Assembly (NCBI RefSeq): GCF_000014785.1
Contig: NC_008340.1
Location: forward strand, 2,580,001-2,612,000
Direction: 5' to 3'
Source of the DNA: Alkalilimnicola ehrlichii MLHE-1
GTDB lineage: Bacteria; Pseudomonadota; Gammaproteobacteria; Nitrococcales; Halorhodospiraceae
Length of the DNA: 32,000 nt
The notes beneath the pieces were generated by a model. It ran no database searches. It saw only the letters and a program-made list of their open reading frames with translations, and had not been told where the DNA came from. Every line of letters begins with the position of its first letter. Position 1 is the stretch's first letter. Shown here one piece after another: positions 1 to 9,695 of this stretch. Both the position numbers and the translations under genes were made by a program.

Positions 1-1741
1 GCAGGCGGAGCGCTGCCGGGTCCCCCAGGTGGCCCCGGACCCCGAGTTCCACGTTCTCGCTCTGTTCCGGGGCAAGGGCGTGGGCCTCGTCCTTGATGCC
101 CTCGCGGATCACATCAGCACCGAGCATCCAATCACCCCGCGGCGTCCGGGTATCGGCACTCAGGGCTCTGAGGTCCGGGTACTTGAAGCCCTGGGCGTAG
201 TTCACCCGCAGGCTCGCCTGCGGGGCCAGCGCGTACACCACCCCGCCCTCCACCGAGGTGTTATCGCCCCCCACCGAGGCATCGTCAAAGCGCGCCCCAT
301 AGATGATGTCCAGCCGCTCGGTGGCCTGCCATTCGTGCTGGGCAAACACCCCGGCCTGCCAGCGTGAGCTGTCCTCCTGGCCTTCCACATTATCCCTGTA
401 CTCGAGATCCCGGTGCTCGAAGCCCGCCTGCACGGTATGCCGGACCACCGGTGTCCAGGTGCTCAGGAACTCGTTGGTCAACTCGATCAACGTCACATCA
501 CGACCCTGGAAGTCGCTCTCCTCCCGGCTCTCAAACCCCAGGTCCCGATAGGGGATGACCGCCACCGAGCGGTCTTTCTCATACCGGCTGTAGTGGATAC
601 GGTGATTGAGGGCCAGGCCCGCCGTCGCCTGCCAGTCGGCACTGGCGGCCACCTCCCAGCGCCGGTTGTCGTCGAGCCAGCGCACCGGGACGTTGAAGAC
701 CGGGCGGTAGCCGTCGTCATGCGCCAGGGCGGTGTTGGTCCTGCCGGCATTGATGAAGTCACGGCGGCGCTCCTCCCACAGGTGGCTGGCGTCCAGGCGG
801 ACGCTGAACCGGTCGCTGAACCAGTGCTCCAGCGAGCCCCCGAGGGTATGGACATCCGCCTCGTCGCGGCGGAACTCATCGATGGTGTACTCATCGGGCA
901 GATCCAGCTGGTTCACCCAGCCCGGTGCCTCGTCGCTGGATGGCGCCACGCGGTTTCCGGCAGGGCCGACACGGACCGGCGCGGTCGCCTCCTGTTGATA
1001 ACCATCCCGATGGCTGGCCTCCCCGAAAAGGGTGAACTGGGTATCCGCACTGCCGCCGAGCAGGTTGAACCCCACGTCATAGCGCGCCGCCTCGCCGTCC
1101 CGGGCCCGGGCGCCAGCCTGCACAGCCACACTGCCTTGCAGCCCCGGCCGGGGGCGCCGGGTCACGATGTTGATCACCCCGCCCAGGGCGTCCGAGCCGT
1201 AGAGCACACTGCCCGGCCCCTTGACGATCTCGATACGCTCGATGCGGTGGGTGGGGATGCGGTTCAGTTCATAGCGCCGGCTCGGCTCGCCGAGGACCCG
1301 GCGACCGTCGATCAGGATCACGGTGTCCTCCCGGGCCGCACCGCGCACCGAGTGCCCCGTCCCATCCGCGCTCACGAAGATACCCGAGTGGCTGCGCAGG
1401 GCCTCATCGAGAAGGGTCGCCCCACTGCGCTGGAGCTGTTCCGCGGTGATGACCTCCACACTACCCGGGCTTCGCTGGCGTGCCCGTTCGCTGCGGGTCG
1501 GCGCGGTCACAACCACCGGCGCCAGGCCGTAGGCCGCCTGGCCGTCAGCACCACCCGCCCCCAAGTCAACACCAGCCTGCCCCATCCCCGCGAACCCCAA
1601 CATGGCCGCCCCAAGCAACAGCCCGAGCCGCCGCGGGCCCCTTTCCGCCGGCCCCAGTGACCACCGGGGCCGGCCATTTCGGGAGGCGTTGTCGCGGGGT
1701 TTAGCACGGCGGGACGGGATACTGCCTGGTTGGGTGGACAT
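1..1741 (-). CDS. TonB-dependent outer-membrane receptor, N-terminal part (C-terminus lies beyond the window start)
   Basis: Absent from the ORF track because the frame runs off the window edge. My minus-strand translation from the ATG at 1741 gives MSTQPGSIPSRRAKPRDN...RRLGLLLGAAMLGFAGMGQA (signal-peptide-like). It continues TRSERARQRSPGSVEVITAE and RYELNRIPTHRIERIEIVKGPGSVLYGSDALGGVINIVT (about 1161-1276), the classic plug-domain motif. The 413..1660 + ORF is its antisense shadow. The start codon is less certain than the identity. Confidence 0.85.
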   Translation of the reverse strand, partial: MSTQPGSIPSRRAKPRDNASRNGRPRWSLGPAERGPRRLGLLLGAAMLGFAGMGQAGVDLGAGGADGQAAYGLAPVVVTAPTRSERARQRSPGSVEVITAEQLQRSGATLLDEALRSHSGIFVSADGTGHSVRGAAREDTVILIDGRRVLGEPSRRYELNRIPTHRIERIEIVKGPGSVLYGSDALGGVINIVTRRPRPGLQGSVAVQAGARARDGEAARYDVGFNLLGGSADTQFTLFGEASHRDGYQQEATAPVRVGPAGNRVAPSSDEAPGWVNQLDLPDEYTIDEFRRDEADVHTLGGSLEHWFSDRFSVRLDASHLWEERRRDFINAGRTNTALAHDDGYRPVFNVPVRWLDDNRRWEVAASADWQATAGLALNHRIHYSRYEKDRSVAVIPYRDLGFESREESDFQGRDVTLIELTNEFLSTWTPVVRHTVQAGFEHRDLEYRDNVEGQEDSSRWQAGVFAQHEWQATERLDIIYGARFDDASVGGDNTSVEGGVVYALAPQASLRVNYAQGFKYPDLRALSADTRTPRGDWMLGADVIREGIKDEAHALAPEQSENVELGVRGHLGDPAALRL

Positions 1742-1829
1742 CGGTGCCCTCATTTCCTTAGGCCAGAGCAAGGAGGCCGACGCCGCAGCAATGGCGCGCC
1801 TCCACGGGGATCCATCTATCACGAGATAT

Positions 1830-1848
1830 GCGAATGGTAACGATTCGT
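1830..1848. promoter_or_regulatory. Weak Fur-box-like AT-rich palindrome upstream of the TonB-dependent receptor
   Basis: CGAAT-GGTAACG-ATTCG inverted repeat. GCGAATGGTAACGATTCGT matches 11/19 positions of GATAATGATAATCATTATC by hand alignment. It lies about 90-110 bp upstream of the receptor ATG and is the only AT-rich patch in this spacer. Confidence 0.25.
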
Positions 1849-2001
1849 ATTACGTTTAACAACCGAGTAGCCCGGTGGGTGGGGCCGTACAACGGCCCAG
1901 CAGGCTACAGCGCGGCGGTGCGGATGGTAGGATTGGGGCCTTGCGGCACGGCCGACTTCGCCCGCTCGTGGGCACCACCGCTTTCAGGAGGCAATAACAA
2001 G

Positions 2002-2793
2002 ATGGGATTTCTCAACGGCAAGCGCGCCCTCATCGTGGGCGTGGCCAGCAACCGCTCTATCGCCTGGGGCATTGCCCAGGCCATGCGTGAACAGGGCGCC
2101 GAGCTGGCCTTCACCTACCAGACCGAGAAGCTGAAGGGCCGGGTCGAGGACCTGGCGGCCAAGGTGGACAGCGACATCGTGCTGCCGCTGGACGTGGCCG
2201 AGGATGAGCAGATCGATGCCGTCTTCCAGCAGCTCGGCGAGCGCTGGGACGGACTCGACATCGTGGTGCACGCGGTGGGCTTTGCGCCCCGCGAGGCGCT
2301 GGAGGGTTCCTTCGTGGAGAATACCAGTCGCGACGCCTACCGCATCGCCCACGACATCAGCGCCTACAGCTTCGTCGCCCTGGCCCGCGCCGCCCGGCCG
2401 ATGATGCAGGGCCGTAACGGCTCGCTGCTCACCCTCTCCTACCTGGGCGCGGAGCGCTCCATGCCCAACTACAACGTCATGGGCTCGGCCAAGGCCAGCC
2501 TGGAGGCCAGCGCCCGCTTCATGGCCGCCGACCTGGGCCCGGAGGGCACCCGGGTCAACGCCATCTCCGCCGGCCCCATCCGCACCCTGGCTGCCTCCGG
2601 CATCGGCAACTTCAAGAAGATGCTGCAGTTCAACGCCAACGCCGCGCCGTTGCGCCGCAACGTCAGCACCGAAGAGGTGGGCAACGCCGCCGCCTTCCTC
2701 TGCTCCGACCTGGCCTCCGGCATCACCGGCGAGGTGCTGCACGTGGACGCCGGCTTCAACACCGTGGCGCTGTCCAGCTCACTGATGGAGTGA
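2002..2793 (+). CDS. fabI: Enoyl-[acyl-carrier-protein] reductase (NADH), FabI
   Basis: [40 protein letters not shown]..., with [24 protein letters not shown] (Tyr/Lys catalytic region), typical of FabI. AGGAGG at 1986-1991 precedes the internal ATG at 2002. The track ORF start at 1828 is an upstream extension. Confidence 0.95.
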   Translation: MGFLNGKRALIVGVASNRSIAWGIAQAMREQGAELAFTYQTEKLKGRVEDLAAKVDSDIVLPLDVAEDEQIDAVFQQLGERWDGLDIVVHAVGFAPREALEGSFVENTSRDAYRIAHDISAYSFVALARAARPMMQGRNGSLLTLSYLGAERSMPNYNVMGSAKASLEASARFMAADLGPEGTRVNAISAGPIRTLAASGIGNFKKMLQFNANAAPLRRNVSTEEVGNAAAFLCSDLASGITGEVLHVDAGFNTVALSSSLME

Positions 2794-2799
2794 CCGGTG

Positions 2800-2831
2800 G
2801 ACCGGGCCGCGGGTCACACCGCGGCCCGGTC
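2800..2831. terminator. GC-rich hairpin between the convergent fabI and lipoprotein genes
   Basis: GACCGGGCCGCGG-gtcaca-CCGCGGCCCGGTC, a perfect 13-bp stem directly after the fabI stop. There is no clear T-run on either side. Confidence 0.4.
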
Positions 2832-2846
2832 TCCGCGAGGGGCGCC

Positions 2847-3248
2847 TCAGAGGTTATCCTCGATGGCACGCAGGATGTGGCGGGACTTGGTCTCGTCACC
2901 GAAGTGACCGACCCGGATCCGCACCTCGGAGATGTTGTCGGTCTTCTTCAGGACCCGGATGTGCACCGTCTTGTCGTCGGCGTCCTCCAGCTCGTAGCGG
3001 GCGGTCAGGCCGTCCGTGCGCCGGTCCACCTCGGCCAGCTCCAGTTGGCGGATGGCCGCCTCGGTGGCGTCCCGGCACTGCCGGTAGCCGCACTCCAGCT
3101 CCGAGCGCAGCTCACCGCGGACATAGGCCACGGCCCCCGCCGCCCCGCCGCCGGCCACCAGCGCCGCACAGCCGGACAACAGCACCGGCGTGCCGGCGAA
3201 CAGCAACACCCACATCAAGGGCAGGGCAAGCAGCCTTTTCTTCATCAC
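2847..3248 (-). CDS. Small lipoprotein (DUF3568-like by recollection)
   Basis: 133 aa. The signal peptide plus lipobox MMKKRLLALPLMWVLLFAGTPVLLSGC is followed by a soluble domain. Confidence 0.75.
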   Translation of the reverse strand: MMKKRLLALPLMWVLLFAGTPVLLSGCAALVAGGGAAGAVAYVRGELRSELECGYRQCRDATEAAIRQLELAEVDRRTDGLTARYELEDADDKTVHIRVLKKTDNISEVRIRVGHFGDETKSRHILRAIEDNL

Positions 3249-3341
3249 GTTATCTCCTGATGCATTCCGGGTTATCGATTGGGGTAATGGCCGGCGCCGG
3301 GCGCCGGAATCGGTTCACGAACATAGACCAAACCCGGGCAT

Positions 3342-3376
3342 AAAAAAACCCGCACCATTCGGCAGAACGGCGCGGG
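3342..3376 (-). terminator. Rho-independent terminator after the lactate permease gene
   Basis: The minus strand reads CCCGCGCCGTTCTGCCGAATGGTGCGGG followed by TTTTTTTA, 46 nt downstream of the permease stop. Confidence 0.7.
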
Positions 3377-3421
3377 CCTGCCAACTCCCCTCCGAGGGTC
3401 AGGAAGAGAGGGGAGAACGGC

Positions 3422-5257
3422 TTAGCTCAACGCGGGTCGGCGCCCCTTGTTGAGGGCCATAAAGCCCAGCCACAGCGCCGCCCAACCGATCCACAGCAGG
3501 TACCAGAAGTTCATACCGCCGACGATGATGGCCATGCCGATCAAGCCGGCCGCCAACACATAATAGACCATGGGCAGCAACGTCTTGCGGATGATGTCGC
3601 CCTCGCGGCCGATCAGACCCACCGTGGCGGAGGCCGCCACCACGTTGTGCACGGTCACCATGTTGCCGCCGGCACCGCCCACCGCCTGCAGGGCCACCAC
3701 CCAGGTCGCGCCGGAGGCGGTCAGGCCGATCTGCTCGGCTGTGGAGATCTGGAAGAAGGAGAACATCAGGTTACTCACCGTGTTACTCCCGGCCAGGAAG
3801 GCGCCCAGACCACCGATCAGCGGCGAGAACAAGGGCCACAACCCGCCCGTGAGGGTGGCCACCCCCTGGGCCAGCATCTCCGGCATGCTCGCCACCTGGG
3901 CCGCAGCGCCCAGCCCCACGCCGTCCTGCAGCGCCATGCGGATCTCCTCCACCGTCTGCAGGCCGTCCGGCGCGGAGTTGATGAACACCTGCACCATGGG
4001 CACGGCGAAGATCAACGCCACCCCGGCGGCGAGGATGGTCCGGCCCGCGGTCTTCCAGGCGTTGAGGTAGTTACCGTGGGTCCACATCTGGTGCAGGAAG
4101 TAGGTGATCACCGAGGTCACCAGCAGCACGAAGCCGGGCAGGTAGAGCGGTGTCGAGGCCGCGGTGATGCCGGAGCCGAAGATATCCTCCCAGGCAAAGC
4201 GCACCGACTGCAGCGCGTCCACCACCGGGTCGATGGTCCGGGTGAGCACCAGCAGCACCGCCACCACCACGTAGGGGGCCCAGGCCTGCATCTGGCTCAG
4301 GGCGAACCCCTCGGCCCGTTCGGGCGTGGTCTCATCCTGCAGCCGGCTGATCCATTCCGGTTCCCACTTGCTGCGCTCCTCGAAGTGGAAGGTGTCCTTG
4401 GGGATCAGGAAGCCCTTCCGGGCCGCCGGTACCACAATGGCCAGCCCGATCAGCCCGCCGATCAGCGACGGGAAGGCCGGCCCCAGCAGCGCCGCCACCG
4501 CATAATAGGGCACCACGAAGGCCACCCCCGCGAACAGGGCAAAGGGCCAGGCGCGCAGGCCGTCGACGAAGGAGCGGTTGGCACCGAAGAAGCGGGTGAG
4601 CATGCCCACCATGATCAGCGGCACCAGGAAACCGACCAGAGAGTGGATCAGCGCCACCTGCATGCCGATCTGATTCACCATCTCGGCGTGGGTGGTGCCC
4701 AAGGCCTCGATCACCCGCTCGGTAACGCTCTGGTCGGCCAGGCCGGCGTTCACCCCCACCAGGATCGGGGTGCCCACCGCACCGAAGGAGACCGGGGTGG
4801 ACTGGATGATCAGCGCCGACATGACCGCCGCCATGGCCGGGAAGCCCAGGGCCACCAGCAGCGGTGCCGCGATCGCCGCCGGCGTGCCGAAACCCGAGGC
4901 CCCCTCGATCAGGCAGCCGAACAGCCAGGCGACGATGATGGCCTGCACCCGCCGGTCCGGCGAGATGTCGCGAAAGCCCTGCTGTATCGTCGCGATGGCG
5001 CCGCTCTCCTTCAGGGTGTAGAGCAGCAGAATCGCCCCGAAGACAATGAACAATATGTTGAGCGCCACCACGATGCCGTTGATCGAGGCAGCCGCCACCA
5101 CGTTCAGGTCGGTGCCCCAGAAGAACAGGGCAACCAGGACGGCCACCACATAGGCCAACGGCATGGCATGCTTCGCCGGCCATCGAAGGATCACCAGAAA
5201 CAGCGCCACCGTCGCCAGTGGCAACAGGGCGAAAAAGACGAGCACTCCCAGATTCAT
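3422..5257 (-). CDS. lctP: L-lactate permease (LctP/LldP family)
   Basis: 611-aa polytopic membrane protein. The N-terminus [38 protein letters not shown] and the overall pattern are LctP-like. GGAGGAGG lies upstream. It sits directly downstream of lutABC on the same strand. Confidence 0.88.
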   Translation of the reverse strand: MNLGVLVFFALLPLATVALFLVILRWPAKHAMPLAYVVAVLVALFFWGTDLNVVAAASINGIVVALNILFIVFGAILLLYTLKESGAIATIQQGFRDISPDRRVQAIIVAWLFGCLIEGASGFGTPAAIAAPLLVALGFPAMAAVMSALIIQSTPVSFGAVGTPILVGVNAGLADQSVTERVIEALGTTHAEMVNQIGMQVALIHSLVGFLVPLIMVGMLTRFFGANRSFVDGLRAWPFALFAGVAFVVPYYAVAALLGPAFPSLIGGLIGLAIVVPAARKGFLIPKDTFHFEERSKWEPEWISRLQDETTPERAEGFALSQMQAWAPYVVVAVLLVLTRTIDPVVDALQSVRFAWEDIFGSGITAASTPLYLPGFVLLVTSVITYFLHQMWTHGNYLNAWKTAGRTILAAGVALIFAVPMVQVFINSAPDGLQTVEEIRMALQDGVGLGAAAQVASMPEMLAQGVATLTGGLWPLFSPLIGGLGAFLAGSNTVSNLMFSFFQISTAEQIGLTASGATWVVALQAVGGAGGNMVTVHNVVAASATVGLIGREGDIIRKTLLPMVYYVLAAGLIGMAIIVGGMNFWYLLWIGWAALWLGFMALNKGRRPALS

Positions 5258-5387
5258 GAGCCCAACACCTCCTCCGGATCATTATTGAAGTGGGCTGGCA
5301 AGGTCCTTTCCGGCTTCTCTATCCATCGGCCTTCCACCACGGCCAGCACCGCTTTCGCAGGCTTACTGCCTGTCTCTCCCCGGCCGG

Positions 5388-6047
5388 TTACGCCCCGGCC
5401 AGCAACACGAGCAGTCGGCGCGGCCCGTGGGCCCCCAACTGCATGGTCTGCTCGACATCGGCCGTCCGCGACGGCCCGGTAATCAGGTTGATGACCCGCG
5501 GCCAGTCGTTGCCCAGGCGCTCGCGCAACACCACCCAGGCGTCCTCGAAATGCCCGACCAGGCGATCGGCGTCCACCAGCACCACGTGGTAATCGGGCAG
5601 GAAATTCAGGGTGGTGGGCGTCTCCGGCCCGGAGCGCAGGATCACGGTGCCGGTCTCAGCCACCGCCAGTACCGCCTCACTGACCCCTACCAGGTCGTCG
5701 CCGGCACTGGCGCCCTCGGTGACCGAGAGCCCGGCTCCAGCCCAGTCCAACCCGGCCAGCGCCGGCGCCATGCGCGCTTCCGCGGCCACCCCCTGGGCCT
5801 CGAGCCAGGTCTTGAGCGCCGCCGGTGCCTGATCGCGGTCGGCGATCCGCAGGCACTCCCCGGCCACCTTCTCAACGCCCGCGGCAAAGAGTTCGGCCAG
5901 TGGCCGCGCCGGCAACGCGGGGCGCAGCGGGTTCTGCTCACCCCCATGGATGCGCTGGTCCAGCACCGCCCTGCGGCTGTCCGACAGCGCCGGCCGGCCC
6001 AGGCCGCGGCGGACCGCGCCGAGTATCCGTTCCCGCCCGTCACTCAT
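5388..6047 (-). CDS. lutC: Lactate utilisation protein C (LUD domain)
   Basis: MSDGRERILGAVRRGLG...VSEAVLAVAETGTVIL...NFLPDYHVVLV is LutC/YkgG-like. The ATG at 6047 overlaps the lutB stop (ATGAGTGA). The track start at 6077 is an extension. Confidence 0.85.
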   Translation of the reverse strand: MSDGRERILGAVRRGLGRPALSDSRRAVLDQRIHGGEQNPLRPALPARPLAELFAAGVEKVAGECLRIADRDQAPAALKTWLEAQGVAAEARMAPALAGLDWAGAGLSVTEGASAGDDLVGVSEAVLAVAETGTVILRSGPETPTTLNFLPDYHVVLVDADRLVGHFEDAWVVLRERLGNDWPRVINLITGPSRTADVEQTMQLGAHGPRRLLVLLAGA

Positions 6048-7470
6048 GACCGCGCCCCCCGCGCCGCTTCCAGGCACTCATAAAGGTCTCCCCCTGCGGC
6101 GCCGGGAGGACCCGGCCGCCGGCCATCCAGTTGCCGGCCAGCGGCACCCGGGTGAGATAACCGCGCCGGCCACCGAACGCCGCCAGCATCCGCGCCTGTA
6201 CCCGGGTGACCAGCCGATACGCAGCGGGCCGGCGTACCAGCCAGCCCCAGGCCGCCAGGCCCCAGCGGGTGCGGGCAGTGCCCAGACGGGCCTGGAACTG
6301 GCGATGGCGCAGGTTGCGCAGCAGGTCGGGCAGCGGGATGCGCACCGGGCAGACTTCCTGGCAGCGGCCGTTCAGGGTGCAGGCGTTGGGCAGGTCCTTG
6401 GCCTCGCGCAGGCCCAGAGTGAGCGGCGTGAGCACCGAGCCCATGGGACCGGGGTAGACCCAGCCGTAGGCGTGCCCGCCGATCGCGCCGTAGACCGGGC
6501 AATGGTTGATGCAGGCACCGCAGCGGATACAGCGCAGCATCTCGCGGAACTCATCGCCCAGCATGGCGGAGCGGCCATTGTCGATGAGCACCACGTGGTA
6601 GGCCTCCGGCCCGTCGGGATCGGCCGGCCGGCGCGGCCCGGAGAACAGACTGGTGTAACTGGTGATGTCCTGACCGGTGGCGCTGCGGCCCAGCAGGCGC
6701 AGCAGCGTCGTGGTGTCCTCCATGTTGGGCACCACCTTCTCGATCCCGGCCGTCACGATCTGCACCCGGGGCAGCGTGCTGGTCAGATCGCCGTTGCCCT
6801 CATTGGTGACGATGATGTTGCAGCCATTCTCCGCCACCAGGAAGTTGGCCCCGGTGATGCCCACATCCGCCGACAGGTACTTCTGACGCAGCACCTGGCG
6901 CGCCTCGTTGACCAGGTCCGAGACCTCGGTGAGCTTTTTCTTGTAGCCATACTTTGCGTGAAAGCGGTGGAAGAGCTCGGAGATCTCCTCCCGGGTCTTG
7001 TGGATGGCGGGGGCGATGATATGGCTGGGGGGTTCCTCGGCCAGTTGGATGATGTACTCGCCCAAGTCGGTCTCCACCACCTCCAGGCCGTCCGCCTCCA
7101 GGGCTTCGTTGACCCCCACCTCCTCGCCCACCATGGATTTGCCCTTGATGACACTACGGGCCCGGGCCTCGCGGCAGATATCCCGCACAATGTTGCGGGC
7201 CTCCTCCGCGTCCGCCGCCCAGTGCACCTGCCCGCCATTGCGCTGCACGGCCGCCTCGTAGCGCTCCAGGTAGTGGTCGAGATGCTCCAGGGTGTGGTTC
7301 TTGATCTCCACCGCGCGATCGCGCAGGGCGTCGAACTCGGCCAGGGCGCTCACCGCGTTAAAGCGCTTGAGCACAAACCCGTCCTTGGCCCGCGCCAACG
7401 CCGACTGCAGGGTGGGGTTGTGCAGGGCCGCACCGGCGCGCTGGACGAACTCATGGCTGTGCGATTCCAT
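6040..7470 (-). CDS. lutB: Lactate utilisation protein B, 4Fe-4S iron-sulfur protein
   Basis: MESHSHEFVQRAGAALHNPTLQSALARAKDGF..., with two ferredoxin-type clusters, CIRCGACINHCPVY and CTLNGRCQEVCPVRIP. The ATG at 7470 overlaps the lutA TGA (TGATG). The track start at 7716 is an Arg/Gly-rich artefactual extension. Confidence 0.9.
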   Translation of the reverse strand: MESHSHEFVQRAGAALHNPTLQSALARAKDGFVLKRFNAVSALAEFDALRDRAVEIKNHTLEHLDHYLERYEAAVQRNGGQVHWAADAEEARNIVRDICREARARSVIKGKSMVGEEVGVNEALEADGLEVVETDLGEYIIQLAEEPPSHIIAPAIHKTREEISELFHRFHAKYGYKKKLTEVSDLVNEARQVLRQKYLSADVGITGANFLVAENGCNIIVTNEGNGDLTSTLPRVQIVTAGIEKVVPNMEDTTTLLRLLGRSATGQDITSYTSLFSGPRRPADPDGPEAYHVVLIDNGRSAMLGDEFREMLRCIRCGACINHCPVYGAIGGHAYGWVYPGPMGSVLTPLTLGLREAKDLPNACTLNGRCQEVCPVRIPLPDLLRNLRHRQFQARLGTARTRWGLAAWGWLVRRPAAYRLVTRVQARMLAAFGGRRGYLTRVPLAGNWMAGGRVLPAPQGETFMSAWKRRGGRGHE

Positions 7471-8252
7471 CAGTCCGCCTCCGCGTCGCCGATCCCGGGC
7501 CCGTCGGCCATGCCGGCCAACACCTCTGCGGTATGGTAGACGCGCACCGCGGAACCCGCCGCCTTCAACCGCCCCGCCATATTCAGCAAACAGCCCAGAT
7601 CGCCGCCGAGGAGCGCGTCGGCGCCGGTGGCCTCCGCGGCCTTGGCCTTGTCCGCCACCATGCGCCCGGAGATCTCCGGGTACTTGACGCAGAAGGTGCC
7701 GCCGAAACCGCAGCAAACCTCCGCGTCCTCCATCTCCACCAGCTCCAGCCCCTCCACCCGGCGCAACAGCTCACGCGGCTGAGCCTTCACCCCAAGCTGA
7801 CGCAGACCGCTGCAGCTGTCGTGGTAGGTCACCCGGCCGGGAAAGCGGGCCTGGACACTGTCGCCCGCACCGAGCACATCGGTGAGAAAGCGGAACAGCT
7901 CGAAGGAGCGGTCCGCCAGGTGGCGGGCCCGGCTCTGCCATTCGGCGGAGTGGGGAAACAGATCCGGGTACTTGTGCACGCTACCGACACAGGAGCCGGA
8001 GGGTGCCACCAGGTAATCGTAGGGTTCGAAGGCGGTGATCACCGCCCGCGCCAGTTCGGCGGCGGTGATGTTATCGCCGCTGTTGTGGGCCGGCTGCCCA
8101 CAGCAGGTCTGCCGGGTCGGCACCACCACCGTGCAGCCGGCCTGCTCCAGCAGACGGACGGCGGCGAAGCCGACATCGGGCCGGTAAACATCCACCAGGC
8201 AGGTCACCAGCAGACCCACCCGCGGGCCTCGTCGGGATTCGCTTGTCGTCAT
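7470..8252 (-). CDS. lutA: Lactate utilisation protein A, (Fe-S)-binding CCG-domain oxidoreductase
   Basis: RVGLLVTCLVDVYRPDVGFAAVRLLEQAGCTVVVPTRQTCCGQP and CCGFGGTF are CCG motifs typical of LutA/YkgE. GGAG lies 8 nt upstream of the ATG. Confidence 0.9.
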   Translation of the reverse strand: MTTSESRRGPRVGLLVTCLVDVYRPDVGFAAVRLLEQAGCTVVVPTRQTCCGQPAHNSGDNITAAELARAVITAFEPYDYLVAPSGSCVGSVHKYPDLFPHSAEWQSRARHLADRSFELFRFLTDVLGAGDSVQARFPGRVTYHDSCSGLRQLGVKAQPRELLRRVEGLELVEMEDAEVCCGFGGTFCVKYPEISGRMVADKAKAAEATGADALLGGDLGCLLNMAGRLKAAGSAVRVYHTAEVLAGMADGPGIGDAEAD

Positions 8253-8325
8253 CAGTCGGGCTCCGGGTCCGCAGCATCGGCATCTGCCCTGATCCTGCGG
8301 CCTTTCTTATTTGGGCGAAATTATT

Positions 8326-8364
8326 ATTGGTCAAATCACTTGCCCAGCACATGGTCTGACCGAT
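8326..8364. promoter_or_regulatory. Candidate GntR/FadR-type operator half-sites in the lutA / regulator divergent spacer
   Basis: ATTGGTCAAATCAC (8326-8339) and ATGGTCTGACCGAT (8351-8364) resemble the TGGT-N3-ACCA core of PdhR/LldR-type operators. They lie in the only AT-rich part of the 266-bp spacer. Confidence 0.3.
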
Positions 8365-8518
8365 CTCTTATACTTGTCAATAGTCGAGATAGCGCGCCCT
8401 GTCGAGATCGGAAGGGTCCCGGTCAACTGCGGTACAATGCATGCTTAGCAGCCAGGACAGCCCGTAGGGCTAGGCGCACCCGGTGAACCGCCCCGCGGAG
8501 GAGAGGCAATAGCGCACC

Positions 8519-9286
8519 ATGACCTTCAAAACCATAAAACCCGCTCGGCTCTCGGACTCCATCATCCAGCAGATCGAAGAGCTGATCCTCAACGGCGTGC
8601 TCAAGCCCGGCGACCGCCTGCCGGCGGAGCGCGAACTGGCTCAGGAGCTGGATGTCTCCCGGCCCTCGCTGCGCGAGGCCCTGCTCAAGTTGGAGGCACG
8701 GGGGCTGTTGAAGGCGCGGCCCGGGGGCGGCACCTTCGTGGCGGACATCGCTGCGCCGACGGTCACCGAGCCGCTGGTGGAGCTGCTCAAGGACCGGCCC
8801 GAGGCCACCTTCCAGATCCTGGAACTGCGCCACGCCCTGGAGGAGATGGCCGCCTGGTACGCCGCCGAGCGCGCCACCGAGGCCGACCGCGAGATCATCC
8901 GCCGGCGTTTCGAGGCGTTGATGGAGCTCTACGACACCAACGACGACCCGGACCTGGACGCCGAGGCCGACGCCGAATTCCACCTGGCCATCGCCGACGC
9001 CTCCCACAACGTGGCGCTGATCCATGTCGTCCGGGGGCTGTTCTCGCTGCTGCGCAACAGCATTACCCGGTCGCTGCACCAACTGAAGCAGCGCAACGAG
9101 GACTACGCCCCGTTACGCGAACAGCACCGGGCCATCTATGAGGCGATCATGGCGGGGGATGCAGCGCGCGCCAAGGAGGCGGCGAACGTGCACCTGACGT
9201 ACGTGGAGGAGTTCATGCGCAAGGGCATGGCCATGCAGGACCGCGAGGCCGTCTCCCAACGCCGGCTGCGCCGGATGCGGGACTGA
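8519..9286 (+). CDS. GntR/FadR-family transcriptional regulator (LldR/PdhR-like)
   Basis: The N-terminal wHTH is LKPGDRLPAERELAQELDVSRPSLREALLKLEARGLL. The C-terminal FCD-like helical domain includes EFHLAIADASHN. It is divergent from the lutABC-lctP operon. Confidence 0.9.
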   Translation: MTFKTIKPARLSDSIIQQIEELILNGVLKPGDRLPAERELAQELDVSRPSLREALLKLEARGLLKARPGGGTFVADIAAPTVTEPLVELLKDRPEATFQILELRHALEEMAAWYAAERATEADREIIRRRFEALMELYDTNDDPDLDAEADAEFHLAIADASHNVALIHVVRGLFSLLRNSITRSLHQLKQRNEDYAPLREQHRAIYEAIMAGDAARAKEAANVHLTYVEEFMRKGMAMQDREAVSQRRLRRMRD

Positions 9287-9298
9287 CACTGATCACCG

Positions 9299-9684
9299 CG
9301 GGGGGTGGGTGTGGCGGGTGCCCTCCCCCTGGTCACTGCGAGCCCCCGACCCATCACCCGTCACTGCGAGCCCCCGACCCATCACCCGTCACTGCGAGCC
9401 CCCGACCCATCACCCGTCACTGCGAGCCCCCGACCCATCACCCGTCACTGCGAGCCCCGGAGGGGCGCGGCAGTCCACGCCAGGGTATGGATCGCCGCGT
9501 CGCTTCGCTCCTCGCGATGACGGGGGGTGGCGCCCCCACCGTCACTGCGAGCGCGGCCCCGCCCCCACCGTCACTGCGAGCGCGGCCCCACCCCCACCGT
9601 CACTGCGAGGAGGCGAAGCCGACGTGGCAGTCTACCGCCCTGGATCGCCACGGGCCTGCAGCCCTCGCGATGACGGGGAGGGGG
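9299..9684 (+). repeat. Repeat array A of the GTCACTGCGAG...CTCGCGATGAC hairpin family
   Basis: It fills the whole convergent spacer between the regulator and ppiD. Heads fall at 9332/9360/9388/9416/9444 (28-bp period, identical filler CCCCCGACCCATCACCC). A full hairpin unit spans 9444-9523. Further heads fall at 9541/9570/9599 (29-bp period), and a second full unit ends about 9677. Confidence 0.95.
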
Positions 9685-9695
9685 CGTAGGCCGCG

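Noticed and set aside
1742-2001. Possible cobalamin riboswitch upstream of the TonB-dependent receptor (minus strand). Fragments such as GCACCGCCGCGCTGTAG vaguely recall the B12 element.
   Set aside because: I cannot find the B12 box (AGYCMGGAGACCKGCC-like) or the GGGAA/GGTG core in the right order, so the resemblance is too weak without a covariance-model scan (Rfam RF00174).
7471-7716. N-terminal extensions given by the longest-ORF track: lutB 7716, lutC 6077, jetD 23278, jetC 26475, jetB 27086, tig 18631, fabI 1828 and the ParA-like gene 30320.
   Set aside because: The extensions overlap the preceding gene or a tRNA and are low-complexity. Internal starts give canonical N-termini and classic stop/start coupling (TGATG, ATGA, GTGA).
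9332-9471. Regular 26-29 bp and 95 bp periodicities suggested a CRISPR array.
   Set aside because: The 'spacers' between constant 11-mers are identical within an array rather than unique. The units are long palindromes, no cas genes are present, and arrays occur in both orientations at six sites.
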